From NCBI GenBank assembly GCA_051306435.1, contig JBPPNF010000006.1, positions 834-64,833 of the forward strand: a stretch of 64,000 nt of DNA. Direction: 5' to 3'. Made by a program: the position numbers and the translations under genes. Source of the stretch: Solirubrobacterales bacterium (GTDB lineage: Bacteria > Actinomycetota > Thermoleophilia > Solirubrobacterales > JACPNS01). A model generated the notes under the pieces. That model saw only the letters and a list, made by a program, of their open reading frames with translations. It ran no database searches and was not told the origin of the DNA. The number at the start of each line of letters is the position of its first letter. Positions within the stretch are counted from its first letter, which is position 1. Below are positions 36,128 to 44,530 of the stretch, piece by piece.

Positions 36128-37276
36128 CTACTTGTAGCTTCGAAACTTGTCGCGCGTATCGCAGAACGCGGCTTTTTTCGTGTCCTTGCAGAGCTTGTCG
36201 AGGAAGTGGATCGTGAGGTCGTGGTAGTGCGCGTCGGAGCGCTCGCCGCTGAGTGAATAGAGCGACCACGAGCCGGTGTCGAACTTCGGTGTCACGACCT
36301 CCGCCGACGCCACGCCCTTCTTGTAGAGAACTCGCGCCTTGCGATCGTTGTTGATGATCGCGTAGTCGTGAAGGCCGTCGAGCGAACCCAGGAACATGTT
36401 CAGGATGATCAGGTTCGGGGCGCCTGAGTAGCCGAGGTAGTGGTAGCCGCCGTCACGCTTCACGCGCACGCCGCGCGTTGCCGACTGGTTGAAGGAGCGG
36501 GCACCAAGGCGGGCAGCGCGCATCATTGAGCGGTTGTGCATGCGGTAGCCGACGCGGGCGAGTGCCTGGATCGCCGTGCCCTGACTGAGCGCGCTGATCC
36601 ACGGGGCTGGGCTGCCGGAGAAGCTGAAGTAGTACTCCCAGGTGAGCGCGCCGTTGCGCCGGACGCCCCAGCGAATCAGTTCACGCGCGAAACTGCGCTG
36701 CGCGCGGCGTGAGGGCGTGGTGTCGACGGTCCAGATCGCGTTCAACTTGGCGAAGTTGCTGAGCGGATGAAACTGCCAGCCGGTCTTGTGGAAGTACTGG
36801 AAGATGATGCGGCTGTTGCCGAAGCGTCGGTCGGTGCCGGCCGCGGCCGGCCCGTTGCTGCGGAACCAGCGTGTGTTGTTGCTCAGCGTCGTGAACAGCG
36901 GCGCCAGGCGGTCTGCGCTGATGCGGTGGGTGCGGGCCATGCGCTGAACCATGCGCATCTGCCAGGCCATCGGCGCACGGCGCACCTTGATTGCGCTGCG
37001 CCGAGCACGCGCCGAGGGTGATCTGCCCTTGATCGGCCTGTTCAGCAGCGCCGACCTGATGCGTGCCTTCTTGTAGACACGCAGTGCCCAGCTCGCACGC
37101 GAGCGACTGATGTCGCCACGGTTGGCGAGTGACTTCAGCGAGCGCTCGACCGGGCCGACGGCCTGGGCCTGCGCAGCGCCGAGCGTCAGCGCGCAGGCCG
37201 CGAGCAGCGAGGCGAGGGCGCAGACCAGCAACAGCCGGTTGACGCGAGATGGCGACGTTCCGGAAAAGACGTTCAT
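36128..37276 (-). CDS. secreted D-glucuronyl C5-epimerase-like protein, copy 1
   Basis: Signal peptide. PWISALSQGTAIQALARVGY, ILNMFLGSLDGLHDY and TGSWSLYSL...YHDL follow the pattern of the C5-epimerase C-terminal domain as I recall it (WxSAMAQGQAISxLxRAY / LNGFIYxLxGLYDY / WSLYD...YH). Confidence 0.62.
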   Translation of the reverse strand: MNVFSGTSPSRVNRLLLVCALASLLAACALTLGAAQAQAVGPVERSLKSLANRGDISRSRASWALRVYKKARIRSALLNRPIKGRSPSARARRSAIKVRRAPMAWQMRMVQRMARTHRISADRLAPLFTTLSNNTRWFRSNGPAAAGTDRRFGNSRIIFQYFHKTGWQFHPLSNFAKLNAIWTVDTTPSRRAQRSFARELIRWGVRRNGALTWEYYFSFSGSPAPWISALSQGTAIQALARVGYRMHNRSMMRAARLGARSFNQSATRGVRVKRDGGYHYLGYSGAPNLIILNMFLGSLDGLHDYAIINNDRKARVLYKKGVASAEVVTPKFDTGSWSLYSLSGERSDAHYHDLTIHFLDKLCKDTKKAAFCDTRDKFRSYK

Positions 37277-37281
37277 TCAGA

Positions 37282-38586
37282 TCACTTCGAGGCTTGGGCG
37301 GAGTTTCCCGCGAGGTCCTTCGCAACGATCGTGACAGCGTTCGAGCTGCCTTTCTTCACACTGAAAACGCGCTTGCCGCGGCCAACCGTCGCGATTGCCG
37401 TGCCGCCGCCGGGCGTCCGCACAGTTATCGTCGAAACCTTCGAGAGCCTGAAGGTCACATAGATGCGGCCGCTCCTGACCTTCTTCGAAATTCCCGTCAC
37501 CGTCGGCTTGGCGGTGAGGTAACTGGTCAGGCGTGCATGGAGGTCGCAGAAGAGCGCTTCCTCGGTGTTCTCGCAGATGCGGAACATGAACTCGATCAGT
37601 TCCTTGTGGTAGTTCAGATTGGATTCTGCGCCGCCCAGCGAGTAGTAGGACCAGGCGCCGGTGTCTGCCTGCGGAAGCTCGACGCGGGCCGCGATCAGGC
37701 CACGTTCGTAGACGGCCCGCGCGCCTGCGTCGCCGGTGATCTTCGAGTAGTCGTGCAGCCCGTCGAGCGCCTGGGCAAAAATGTTGTGGATGATCAGGCG
37801 GCGGTTGCCCGAGTAGCCGAGGAAGTGCAGCCCGCCGTCGCGGCTGATCTTCAGGCCGGTCGGCGCGGCGACGTCGAATGACCTTGAGCCGGCCGTCGCA
37901 GCGTTGGTGATGTTCGCGTCCTTCAGCGCGTCACCCGAGCGCGCGAGCGCCTGGATCGCTGTGCCCTGCGAGATCGAACTGATGAACGGGGCGGGGCTGC
38001 CGCTGAAGGGGAAGTAGTACTCCCAGGTGAGTGCGCCGCCACGGTTGACGCCGAAGCCGATCAGCTCGTAGGCGAACTTGCTCAGAGACCGCCGGGCGCC
38101 GGCCGACTTGTCGGTCCAGATCGCGTTCAGGCGCGAGAAGTTCGCCAGCGGATGAAACTGCCAGCCCCAGCCGGCGAAGTTCTGGTAGTAGATCCGGCTC
38201 TCTCCGAAGCGAGCGCGGGTGCCGACCGCCGCCGGGCCACGGGTCGCGAACCAGTCGATGTTCACCCGCAACTGCGCGAAGAGCGGCGTGACGCGATCGG
38301 CCGTGATGCGGTTCTTGCGGGCGAGCGCCTCGATCGTGCGGATCTGGTTGGTCAGCGGCAACTGCCGCGATCCCTTCAGACGCTTGCGCAGCGATCGGGA
38401 GTCGTGGTAGGCCTTGCGCGCGGCATCTGCCTTGGCAGGATTGATCTGACCGGAGTCCTGAAGCTTGGTCAGCGAGGCCGAAACCGTTGCCGCCTGCGCG
38501 CGACCAGAAGCGAGCAGCAGGGCAGCTGCCACGATCGTCAGGATCGTCGCAACACGGACGTTTCGATTGCTCAGAAGTAGCTGCAT
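37282..38586 (-). CDS. secreted D-glucuronyl C5-epimerase-like protein, copy 2, with extra ~55-aa C-terminal beta-rich tail
   Basis: Tandem paralog of copy 1 (PFISSISQGTAIQALARSGD, IHNIFAQALDGLHDY, TGAWSYYSL...YHKEL). The gap to copy 1 is 5 nt. Confidence 0.62.
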   Translation of the reverse strand: MQLLLSNRNVRVATILTIVAAALLLASGRAQAATVSASLTKLQDSGQINPAKADAARKAYHDSRSLRKRLKGSRQLPLTNQIRTIEALARKNRITADRVTPLFAQLRVNIDWFATRGPAAVGTRARFGESRIYYQNFAGWGWQFHPLANFSRLNAIWTDKSAGARRSLSKFAYELIGFGVNRGGALTWEYYFPFSGSPAPFISSISQGTAIQALARSGDALKDANITNAATAGSRSFDVAAPTGLKISRDGGLHFLGYSGNRRLIIHNIFAQALDGLHDYSKITGDAGARAVYERGLIAARVELPQADTGAWSYYSLGGAESNLNYHKELIEFMFRICENTEEALFCDLHARLTSYLTAKPTVTGISKKVRSGRIYVTFRLSKVSTITVRTPGGGTAIATVGRGKRVFSVKKGSSNAVTIVAKDLAGNSAQASK

Positions 38587-38658
38587 GTGTAAAGGTTAAA
38601 ACCGCACTCCGACGCTAGTTGCGCTGTGCTTAAGCGTCATTTCAGGGGTTCTGTGCGC

Positions 38659-38667
38659 TGGTAGATT
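38659..38667 (+). promoter_or_regulatory. candidate extended -10 element (TG-n-TAGATT) for a near-leaderless transcript of the 38677 gene
   Basis: TGGTAGATT ends 9 nt before the GTG start at 38677. Pattern only. Confidence 0.3.
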
Positions 38668-38676
38668 CGGGTCGCT

Positions 38677-39636
38677 GTGCCGGAGGAGACCACATCGCCA
38701 ACGAAATCGCGCCGATCGGCGCTGCCCTGGATCATCGGTCCGGTGGTTGCGTTCGTCGTGCTCGTCGGCCTGATCTTCGCAACCGGTGCGCCCAGCTCGG
38801 CCGCACTGATGAAGACCGCGGCGGCCAGTTTCGGCGAAGTCAGTCGCGGCAACTTCCTTTTCAGAATCACGATCACGCCGCAGGGATCAGAATCTGCCGC
38901 GCCTTCATCGATCGCGCTGAAGGGACCGTTTGAGATCGTCCCGGGCAAGCCGCTCCCGGTGGCCAGGATCACCTACACGGTGAGCTCCGGGGGCCGCAGT
39001 CAGGTGACGACGCTGCTCACGACGGGCGACAAGGCCTACACCGTGATCAAGGGCCAGGCCTATGAGCTGCCGGCATCGGCGACCAAGGACCTGAAGTCGG
39101 CGACCAAAGAGATCGCCAAGCCGGGCGAGGGGAAGGGACTGACCGGCATCAAGCTCAGTTTCGACAAGTGGCTCGTGAATCCGCAGGTCGCTCCCGGTCG
39201 CGACATCGACGGCACCGCCACGTGGCGCACGACCGCCGGCGTGAATGTTGTCGAAGCGCTGAAGGATCTGGTCGCATCGTCGGGCGCGGTCGGCGGCATC
39301 ACCGGCGGAGCGGTCCCCGCGATCAAGAACTCCGACCTCGACGAGGTCAAGAAGGGCATCAGGAACGCGTCTGTCGTTGTTTACGTCGGTCGCTACGACA
39401 GGATCATCCGCCTGCTCGACCTGACGATGGACTTCACGACGCCCACCAAACTCACCGCTGATGCCGGCGGCGTGACCGGCGGACGCATGAACATGGTGGT
39501 CGGAATCAGCAACCCCAACCAGCCCGTCGACGTGGAGCCGCCCAAGAGCCCGCTGCCCTACAGCGCGCTGCAGTCGTTGGTTTCCGGGCAGGCCTCCCAG
39601 ACCGGAACTTCCCTCGACGACGGTCTGGGCCAGTAA
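38677..39636 (+). CDS. membrane-anchored hypothetical protein (possible LolA/LppX-like fold)
   Basis: N-terminal TM/signal anchor. It resembles the downstream gene at a low level, with the same succession of beta-strand-like blocks ending in ...PVDVEPP versus ...PVTIEEP. Confidence 0.5.
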   Translation: MPEETTSPTKSRRSALPWIIGPVVAFVVLVGLIFATGAPSSAALMKTAAASFGEVSRGNFLFRITITPQGSESAAPSSIALKGPFEIVPGKPLPVARITYTVSSGGRSQVTTLLTTGDKAYTVIKGQAYELPASATKDLKSATKEIAKPGEGKGLTGIKLSFDKWLVNPQVAPGRDIDGTATWRTTAGVNVVEALKDLVASSGAVGGITGGAVPAIKNSDLDEVKKGIRNASVVVYVGRYDRIIRLLDLTMDFTTPTKLTADAGGVTGGRMNMVVGISNPNQPVDVEPPKSPLPYSALQSLVSGQASQTGTSLDDGLGQ

Positions 39637-39649
39637 GCTGCGCCGCGCT

Positions 39650-40447
39650 ATGAACCCACTCTTGAAGAAAACACTCCTGGTCGTTGTTTCGTTCGCACTC
39701 GTGGCTTTTGCAGCCGGTTGCGGCGACTCCAAGTCCTCGTCCGAGTCGCCCGACCAGGCCGTGAAGAACGCCCTGACCAAGACCGCCGGCATCACCAGCG
39801 GCCGCGCCGCGGTGAAGGCGTCGCTCGCGATGGGCAGTCTCCCGGGATCGCTGACGATCACCGGTGGCGGGCCGTTCGACACGAAGGCCAAGGGTGGTCC
39901 GGCAACGGACCTGCAGTTCTCGGTCGACGTCGCCGGCACCCGGCAGACCTTCGGCGTCGTGGCCTTCGGCGGCAAGAACTACCTGACCGTCGACGGCAAG
40001 GCGCTCGAGCAGAAGGGCTCTGGCTCGTCGTTCAGCCCCGATCAGATTGCTGACTTCATCGAGGGCCTCGGCAAGTACCTGACCAACGCCAAGAGCGTCC
40101 CCGACACCGACAACGAGTACACCGCCACGGTCGACGTGAAGAAGCTGCTTTCAGACAGCAAGGCCGGCGACAACCTTTCGAAGCTTTCGATCCCGGGCCT
40201 CGGTTCCGGGCAGAAGCTCGCCGAGCAGGTCGGCAACGCCGACATCACCGTGACGATCGACGCCGACGGCTACGCACAGATCCTCGACATCGATCTTCCG
40301 ATCACCACGAACGGCAGTCAGGGTGGCGTCCGGGCCAACATTGAGCTCAGCGACATCGACCAGCCGGTGACGATCGAAGAGCCGACCAACGTGGTCTCCA
40401 GCGCCTCCGAACTTGGCGGACTGGGCGCGGCGATCGCGGGCCAGTAG
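39650..40447 (+). CDS. hypothetical lipoprotein, paralog of the preceding gene
   Basis: Lipobox FAAGCGDS; see the preceding feature. Confidence 0.55.
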   Translation: MNPLLKKTLLVVVSFALVAFAAGCGDSKSSSESPDQAVKNALTKTAGITSGRAAVKASLAMGSLPGSLTITGGGPFDTKAKGGPATDLQFSVDVAGTRQTFGVVAFGGKNYLTVDGKALEQKGSGSSFSPDQIADFIEGLGKYLTNAKSVPDTDNEYTATVDVKKLLSDSKAGDNLSKLSIPGLGSGQKLAEQVGNADITVTIDADGYAQILDIDLPITTNGSQGGVRANIELSDIDQPVTIEEPTNVVSSASELGGLGAAIAGQ

Positions 40448-40451
40448 ACCG

Positions 40452-41561
40452 TTGCGCGTCAAGCAGTTCCTTTTCTCGTCTGACGGCTGGCCGTACCTGC
40501 TCAGCCCGTTCATCGTCGCCACGATCCTGATGGAGTTCACGCACGCGAGTGCGACGATGATCTTCGGGTTCGCGGCCGTCGCGCTGATTCCGGCTGCGGC
40601 CGTCATGGGTCGCGCGACCGAAGAGCTCTCAGCCCGTTCCGGACCGGGAATCGGCGGACTGCTGAACGTGACCTTCGGCAACTTTCCCGAGCTTGTCATC
40701 GCCGTCTTCGCCCTTGAGAAAGGCTTACAGGAGATCGTCAAGGCGTCGCTCGTCGGATCGATCATCGGCAACATCCTGCTTGTGATGGGAGCGTCGATGC
40801 TCGTCGGCGGACTTAAGCGCAAGGAACAAACCTTCAACCAGACCGCGGCGTCGGTGCAGTCCTCGATGCTCGTGCTGGCGATGGCCGCGCTGATCATGCC
40901 GGCCGTCTACGAGATGGTCGACGGTGGTGGACTGCCCGCTCCCGGCGCGTCACTGATCAACTTCGACTCCTCGGTCGAGAAGCTCTCGCTGATCACCTGC
41001 ATCGTTCTGCTGCTGAGCTACGTCGGCGGACTGATCTTCTCGCTCGTGACACACAAGGATCTCTTCAACCAGGGCCACGACGAAGAGATGGCCCAACACG
41101 CCTGGCCGGTCAAGAAGTCGATCGGCGTGCTTGCAGGGGCGAGCATCGTCGTCGGTCTGATGAGCGAGATCCTCGTCGGGTCGATCGAAGAGGCTTCGCA
41201 TGCGATCGGCCTCTCTGAGTTCTTCGTCGGTGTCTTCGTGATCGCAATCGTCGGAAATGCGGCTGAGCACTGGGTCGCCGTGCTCGTGGCATACAAGAAC
41301 AAGATGGATCTCGCGGTCAACATCGCGATCGGTTCTGCGGCGCAGGTCGCACTGTTTGTCGCCCCGGTGCTCGTGATCCTGTCGTTCGTGCTCGGTCCGC
41401 ACCCGATGCCGCTGGTCTTCAACGGCTTCGAGCTCGCCGGCCTTCTGATTGCGCTCGTCACGGCCAACATAATCACCGCCGACGGGAGATCCACGTGGTT
41501 CGAGGGGCTCCAGCTGCTCTGCCTCTACGCCGTCATCGGTGTGGCGTTTTACTTCGCCTGA
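40452..41561 (+). CDS. Ca2+/H+ antiporter (CaCA family, ChaA/Cax-type)
   Basis: GLLNVTFGNFPELVIAVFAL and GNAAEHWVAVLVA are the paired alpha-repeat GNxxE motifs; about 11 TM segments. The start is set to TTG 40452, just after the upstream stop, because the track start at 40413 overlaps the lipoprotein gene. Confidence 0.82.
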   Translation: MRVKQFLFSSDGWPYLLSPFIVATILMEFTHASATMIFGFAAVALIPAAAVMGRATEELSARSGPGIGGLLNVTFGNFPELVIAVFALEKGLQEIVKASLVGSIIGNILLVMGASMLVGGLKRKEQTFNQTAASVQSSMLVLAMAALIMPAVYEMVDGGGLPAPGASLINFDSSVEKLSLITCIVLLLSYVGGLIFSLVTHKDLFNQGHDEEMAQHAWPVKKSIGVLAGASIVVGLMSEILVGSIEEASHAIGLSEFFVGVFVIAIVGNAAEHWVAVLVAYKNKMDLAVNIAIGSAAQVALFVAPVLVILSFVLGPHPMPLVFNGFELAGLLIALVTANIITADGRSTWFEGLQLLCLYAVIGVAFYFA

Positions 41562-41591
41562 CGCGCTTGGGCAAGCCATTTCCGGCTTTCC

Positions 41592-41607
41592 GTACGAACG
41601 TGCGTAC
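41592..41607. promoter_or_regulatory. imperfect 16-bp palindrome GTACGAACGTGCGTAC upstream of an acyl-CoA dehydrogenase gene (TetR/FadR-type operator candidate)
   Basis: 14 of 16 positions are self-complementary. It lies 121 nt upstream of the GTG start at 41728. Confidence 0.3.
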
Positions 41608-41727
41608 CCCTCGGCCTTCTCGCTACACTCCGGCCTACCTCAAGGGCCTTGGCGAGCATCCGCGATCCACCGCCGCCGACGCCAGTTTTTTCTCCCCACG
41701 AATCAACCAACCAGGAGTTACCTGACC

Positions 41728-42891
41728 GTGTCTGTCAATTTCCAGCTTTCCGACGAGCAGAAGCTCATGCAGGAGACCGCGAAGGGTTTCGCCGAGACCG
41801 AAATCCGCCCGGTTGCCGAGCACCACGACCGCGACTCGATCTTCCCGCGCGAGATCATCAACAAGGCCTGGGAGCTCGGCCTGATGAACACGGGCCTCGA
41901 TGAGGCTTACGGCGGAGCAGGGCTCGACTACCTCTCGGGCAGCATCATCGAGGAGCAGCTCTCCTGGGGTTGCAGCGGAATCGCCACTTCGATCTTCACC
42001 AACAGCCTCGCCGCAGCCCCCGTCGAGCTCGCCGGCTCTGAAGAGATCAAGAAGAAGTACCTCACCCAGCTGACAGAAGAGCCCAAGCTCGCGTCATTCT
42101 GTCTGACCGAGCCCGAGGCCGGTTCAGACGTCTCCTCGATGAAGTCCACCGCCGTCAAGCAGGGTGACAAGTACATCCTCAACGGCTCCAAGTGCTTCAT
42201 AACCAACGGCTCGCACGCCGACTGGTTCACGGTCTACGCCAAGACCGACCCGGACGCCGGACGCCGCGGCATCAGCGCCTTCGTCGTCGAGAAGGACTGG
42301 GGCGTCGTCGTCGACAAGAAGGAAGACAAGCTCGGCCAGCGCGCGTCAGACACTGCGATGATCAGCTTCCAGGACATCGAAGTCCCGGCAGAGAACCTGC
42401 TCGGCGAAGAGAACGCCGGCTTCAAGCTCGCGATGATGACCCTCGACCGCACCCGCCCGGGCGTGGCTGCGATGGCAACCGGCATCCAGCAGGCAGCCCT
42501 CGACGCAGCCGTCCAGTACGCCAACGAGCGCGTCCAGTTCGGCGTGCCGATCGCGATGCACCAGGCGATCCAGTTCATGATCGCCGACATGGCCACCAAG
42601 GTCGAAGCCTCACGTCTGCTTTACATGAAGAGCGCGTGGATGCTCGACAACGGCCTGCGCAACTCGCTGGTCGCCTCGCACGCGAAGCGCTTCGCCAGCG
42701 ACTCCGCCATGGAGACCGCAGTCGACGCCGTGCAGGTCTTCGGAGGCTACGGCTTCATCAAGGAGTACCCGGTCGAGAAGTTCATGCGTGACGCCAAGAT
42801 AATGCAGCTGTACGAAGGCACGAGCCAGATCCAGCGCCTCGTCATCGCCAAGGAGACTCTTGCTCCTTCGCGCGACACGGTCGCCGTCTAG
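41728..42891 (+). CDS. acyl-CoA dehydrogenase (short/medium-chain type)
   Basis: The start is moved to GTG 41728 (RBS AGGAG at 41713-41717). FCLTEPEAGSD, QRASDTAMISFQD, the catalytic YEGTSQIQRLVIA motif and a length of ~387 aa all fit the family. Confidence 0.9.
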   Translation: MSVNFQLSDEQKLMQETAKGFAETEIRPVAEHHDRDSIFPREIINKAWELGLMNTGLDEAYGGAGLDYLSGSIIEEQLSWGCSGIATSIFTNSLAAAPVELAGSEEIKKKYLTQLTEEPKLASFCLTEPEAGSDVSSMKSTAVKQGDKYILNGSKCFITNGSHADWFTVYAKTDPDAGRRGISAFVVEKDWGVVVDKKEDKLGQRASDTAMISFQDIEVPAENLLGEENAGFKLAMMTLDRTRPGVAAMATGIQQAALDAAVQYANERVQFGVPIAMHQAIQFMIADMATKVEASRLLYMKSAWMLDNGLRNSLVASHAKRFASDSAMETAVDAVQVFGGYGFIKEYPVEKFMRDAKIMQLYEGTSQIQRLVIAKETLAPSRDTVAV

Positions 42892-42920
42892 TTCCTTCAG
42901 CTTTGATTCGAGTTCGATCT

Positions 42921-42949
42921 GGGGCGGTCCTTCGGGGCCGCCTTTTTTC
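42921..42949 (+). terminator. rho-independent terminator of the acyl-CoA dehydrogenase gene
   Basis: GGGGCGGTCC-TTCG-GGGCCGCC hairpin followed by TTTTTT, 30 nt after the stop. Confidence 0.8.
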
Positions 42950-43042
42950 GTGGGCGTGGGGTGGTACGGGCCGCTGGCGGGGCGGACTGGCGCTGGCTGC
43001 CGGGGCACCGAAATGCTGGATGCCTCAGGTATGCGAGATTCA

Positions 43043-43077
43043 CTCCACAGTCGATCCCGCGAGGATCGACTGTGGAG
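43043..43077. repeat. 15-bp-stem palindromic repeat (type 2), copy 1
   Basis: CTCCACAGTCGATCC-CGCGA-GGATCGACTGTGGAG forms a perfect stem and is followed by GATTTTCGG. It is flanked by GCCTCAGGTATGCGA (43022-43036) and GGCTCAGGTATGCGG (43085-43099). Confidence 0.85.
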
Positions 43078-43343
43078 GATTTTCGGCTCAGGTATGCGGC
43101 CCCCCGGTTCGGGCCTTGTCTTCCCGGGCTCTTGACGAACATCACAAATGCCGAGATCACCAACAGGTCGAAGCCAGTTTCGCTGCCATCCTTCCTCCCC
43201 TCTGAGTCCTTTCAGCCTCGGATCAACGCGATCACCACGCCAGGAATGCGATCGCCGAAGCCGCCTGGGTCGTCGCGAAGCCGATCAGCTCAGATCCTTG
43301 CGGGGGCGCCGGAAGCGATGGCCTGCCGATCTATCCTCACCCC

Positions 43344-43925
43344 ATGCCCACCGTCACCTTCTTCTATGACCTCGGATCCCCATACGCCTACATCACCGCC
43401 GACCGCATAGACGAGCAGTTCGACACCTCGATCACGGTCGACTGGGTCCCGGTTCTGCTGGGTGGAATCTTCAAAGCCAACGGGCGCAGCTCCTGGGCAG
43501 AAACCGCTGGGCGCGCCGACGGGATCGCCGAGATCGCCCAAAGGGCAGCCGCCTACGGGATGCCGGCTTTCCGCTATCCAGAGCCGTGGCCGAACAACGG
43601 CCTGACCGTGATGCGCGTCGCCGCCTGGGCTCACAGCGCCGGCGCCGGTCGCCGCTTCGCCCGCGCCGCCTTCGAAGTGCAGTTCAACGACGGTCTCCCG
43701 CTCAATGAACATGAAAACATTGAGCTGGCAGCGCACCGCGCCGGGCTCGACCCGGACTTCGCACTCGAGGCCGCGCAGGATCAGACCGTCAAGCAGGCCC
43801 TGATCGACAACACGCAGGCTGCGATTGACATCGGTGCCAACGGCGTCCCGACGATCGTCGTCGGCAGTCAGGCCTTCTGGGGCGACGACCGGGTGAACGA
43901 AGCCGTCGCTGCCGCCACGGCCTGA
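43344..43925 (+). CDS. DsbA-family 2-hydroxychromene-2-carboxylate isomerase-like protein
   Basis: FFYDLGSPYAYI at the N-terminus, VDWVPVLLGGIFK and a C-terminal FWGDDR are typical of the HCCA isomerase/DsbA-like family. Confidence 0.72.
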   Translation: MPTVTFFYDLGSPYAYITADRIDEQFDTSITVDWVPVLLGGIFKANGRSSWAETAGRADGIAEIAQRAAAYGMPAFRYPEPWPNNGLTVMRVAAWAHSAGAGRRFARAAFEVQFNDGLPLNEHENIELAAHRAGLDPDFALEAAQDQTVKQALIDNTQAAIDIGANGVPTIVVGSQAFWGDDRVNEAVAAATA

Positions 43926-43949
43926 GCGCCTGGGCGTATCCTCCCTGCC

Positions 43950-44438
43950 GTGGCCGCCAAGCCGACCAAGCGCACGCCCAAGGACACCGTCGCCAGAGCT
44001 GCGGGCGCAGCCACCGAGCAGTATCTCCGCGAACAACGCGAGGCCGCAGCCGGCCCCGAAGCCCCGGCGACGATCCGCAGGCGCGCCACCAGCGACCCGC
44101 TCGCCGGCGAACTGCGCAAGCAGCTCCTGCCGCTGCTTGTGCTGCACTTCGCACAACAGGAACCGACCTACGGCAATCAGTTGATCGACAAGATCACCAC
44201 CCTCACCGGCGGCGTGATCACGGTGAATCCGAACACGATGTACCCGCTGCTCAGGGACTTTGAGGCGCGCGGCCTGATCGAGGGCCAGTGGGAGCACCCG
44301 GAGCGTCGTAGCCGCCGCTTCTACTCACTCACCGACCTCGGGCGCGAAGAACTCGAGCGCCTGCTCCCGGGTGCCCGAGAAGCGCTCGACGCGCTCGACA
44401 ACACAATCGGCCAGATCAAGCGCGAACTCGGCGCTTGA
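43950..44438 (+). CDS. PadR-family transcriptional regulator
   Basis: LLPLLVLHFAQQEPTYGNQLIDKI...NPNTMYPLLRDFEARGLIEGQWE...RRFYSLTDLGRE is the PadR winged-helix signature. GTG start. Confidence 0.85.
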   Translation: MAAKPTKRTPKDTVARAAGAATEQYLREQREAAAGPEAPATIRRRATSDPLAGELRKQLLPLLVLHFAQQEPTYGNQLIDKITTLTGGVITVNPNTMYPLLRDFEARGLIEGQWEHPERRSRRFYSLTDLGREELERLLPGAREALDALDNTIGQIKRELGA

Positions 44439-44530
44439 GCGATTAATATCCCCTTCTTCGGAACCTGCGCGCATCGTAAGCGCGCGCCGCCTCCCGATGG
44501 CGGATCTCACTCCCTGAAAGGCAATTTCCC

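Noticed and set aside
42961-43410. 149-aa ORF spanning the 450-bp intergenic region after the acyl-CoA dehydrogenase gene
   Set aside because: It reads through a terminator, the palindromic repeat and its direct-repeat flanks. The translation is low-complexity and it overlaps the start of the DsbA-like gene.
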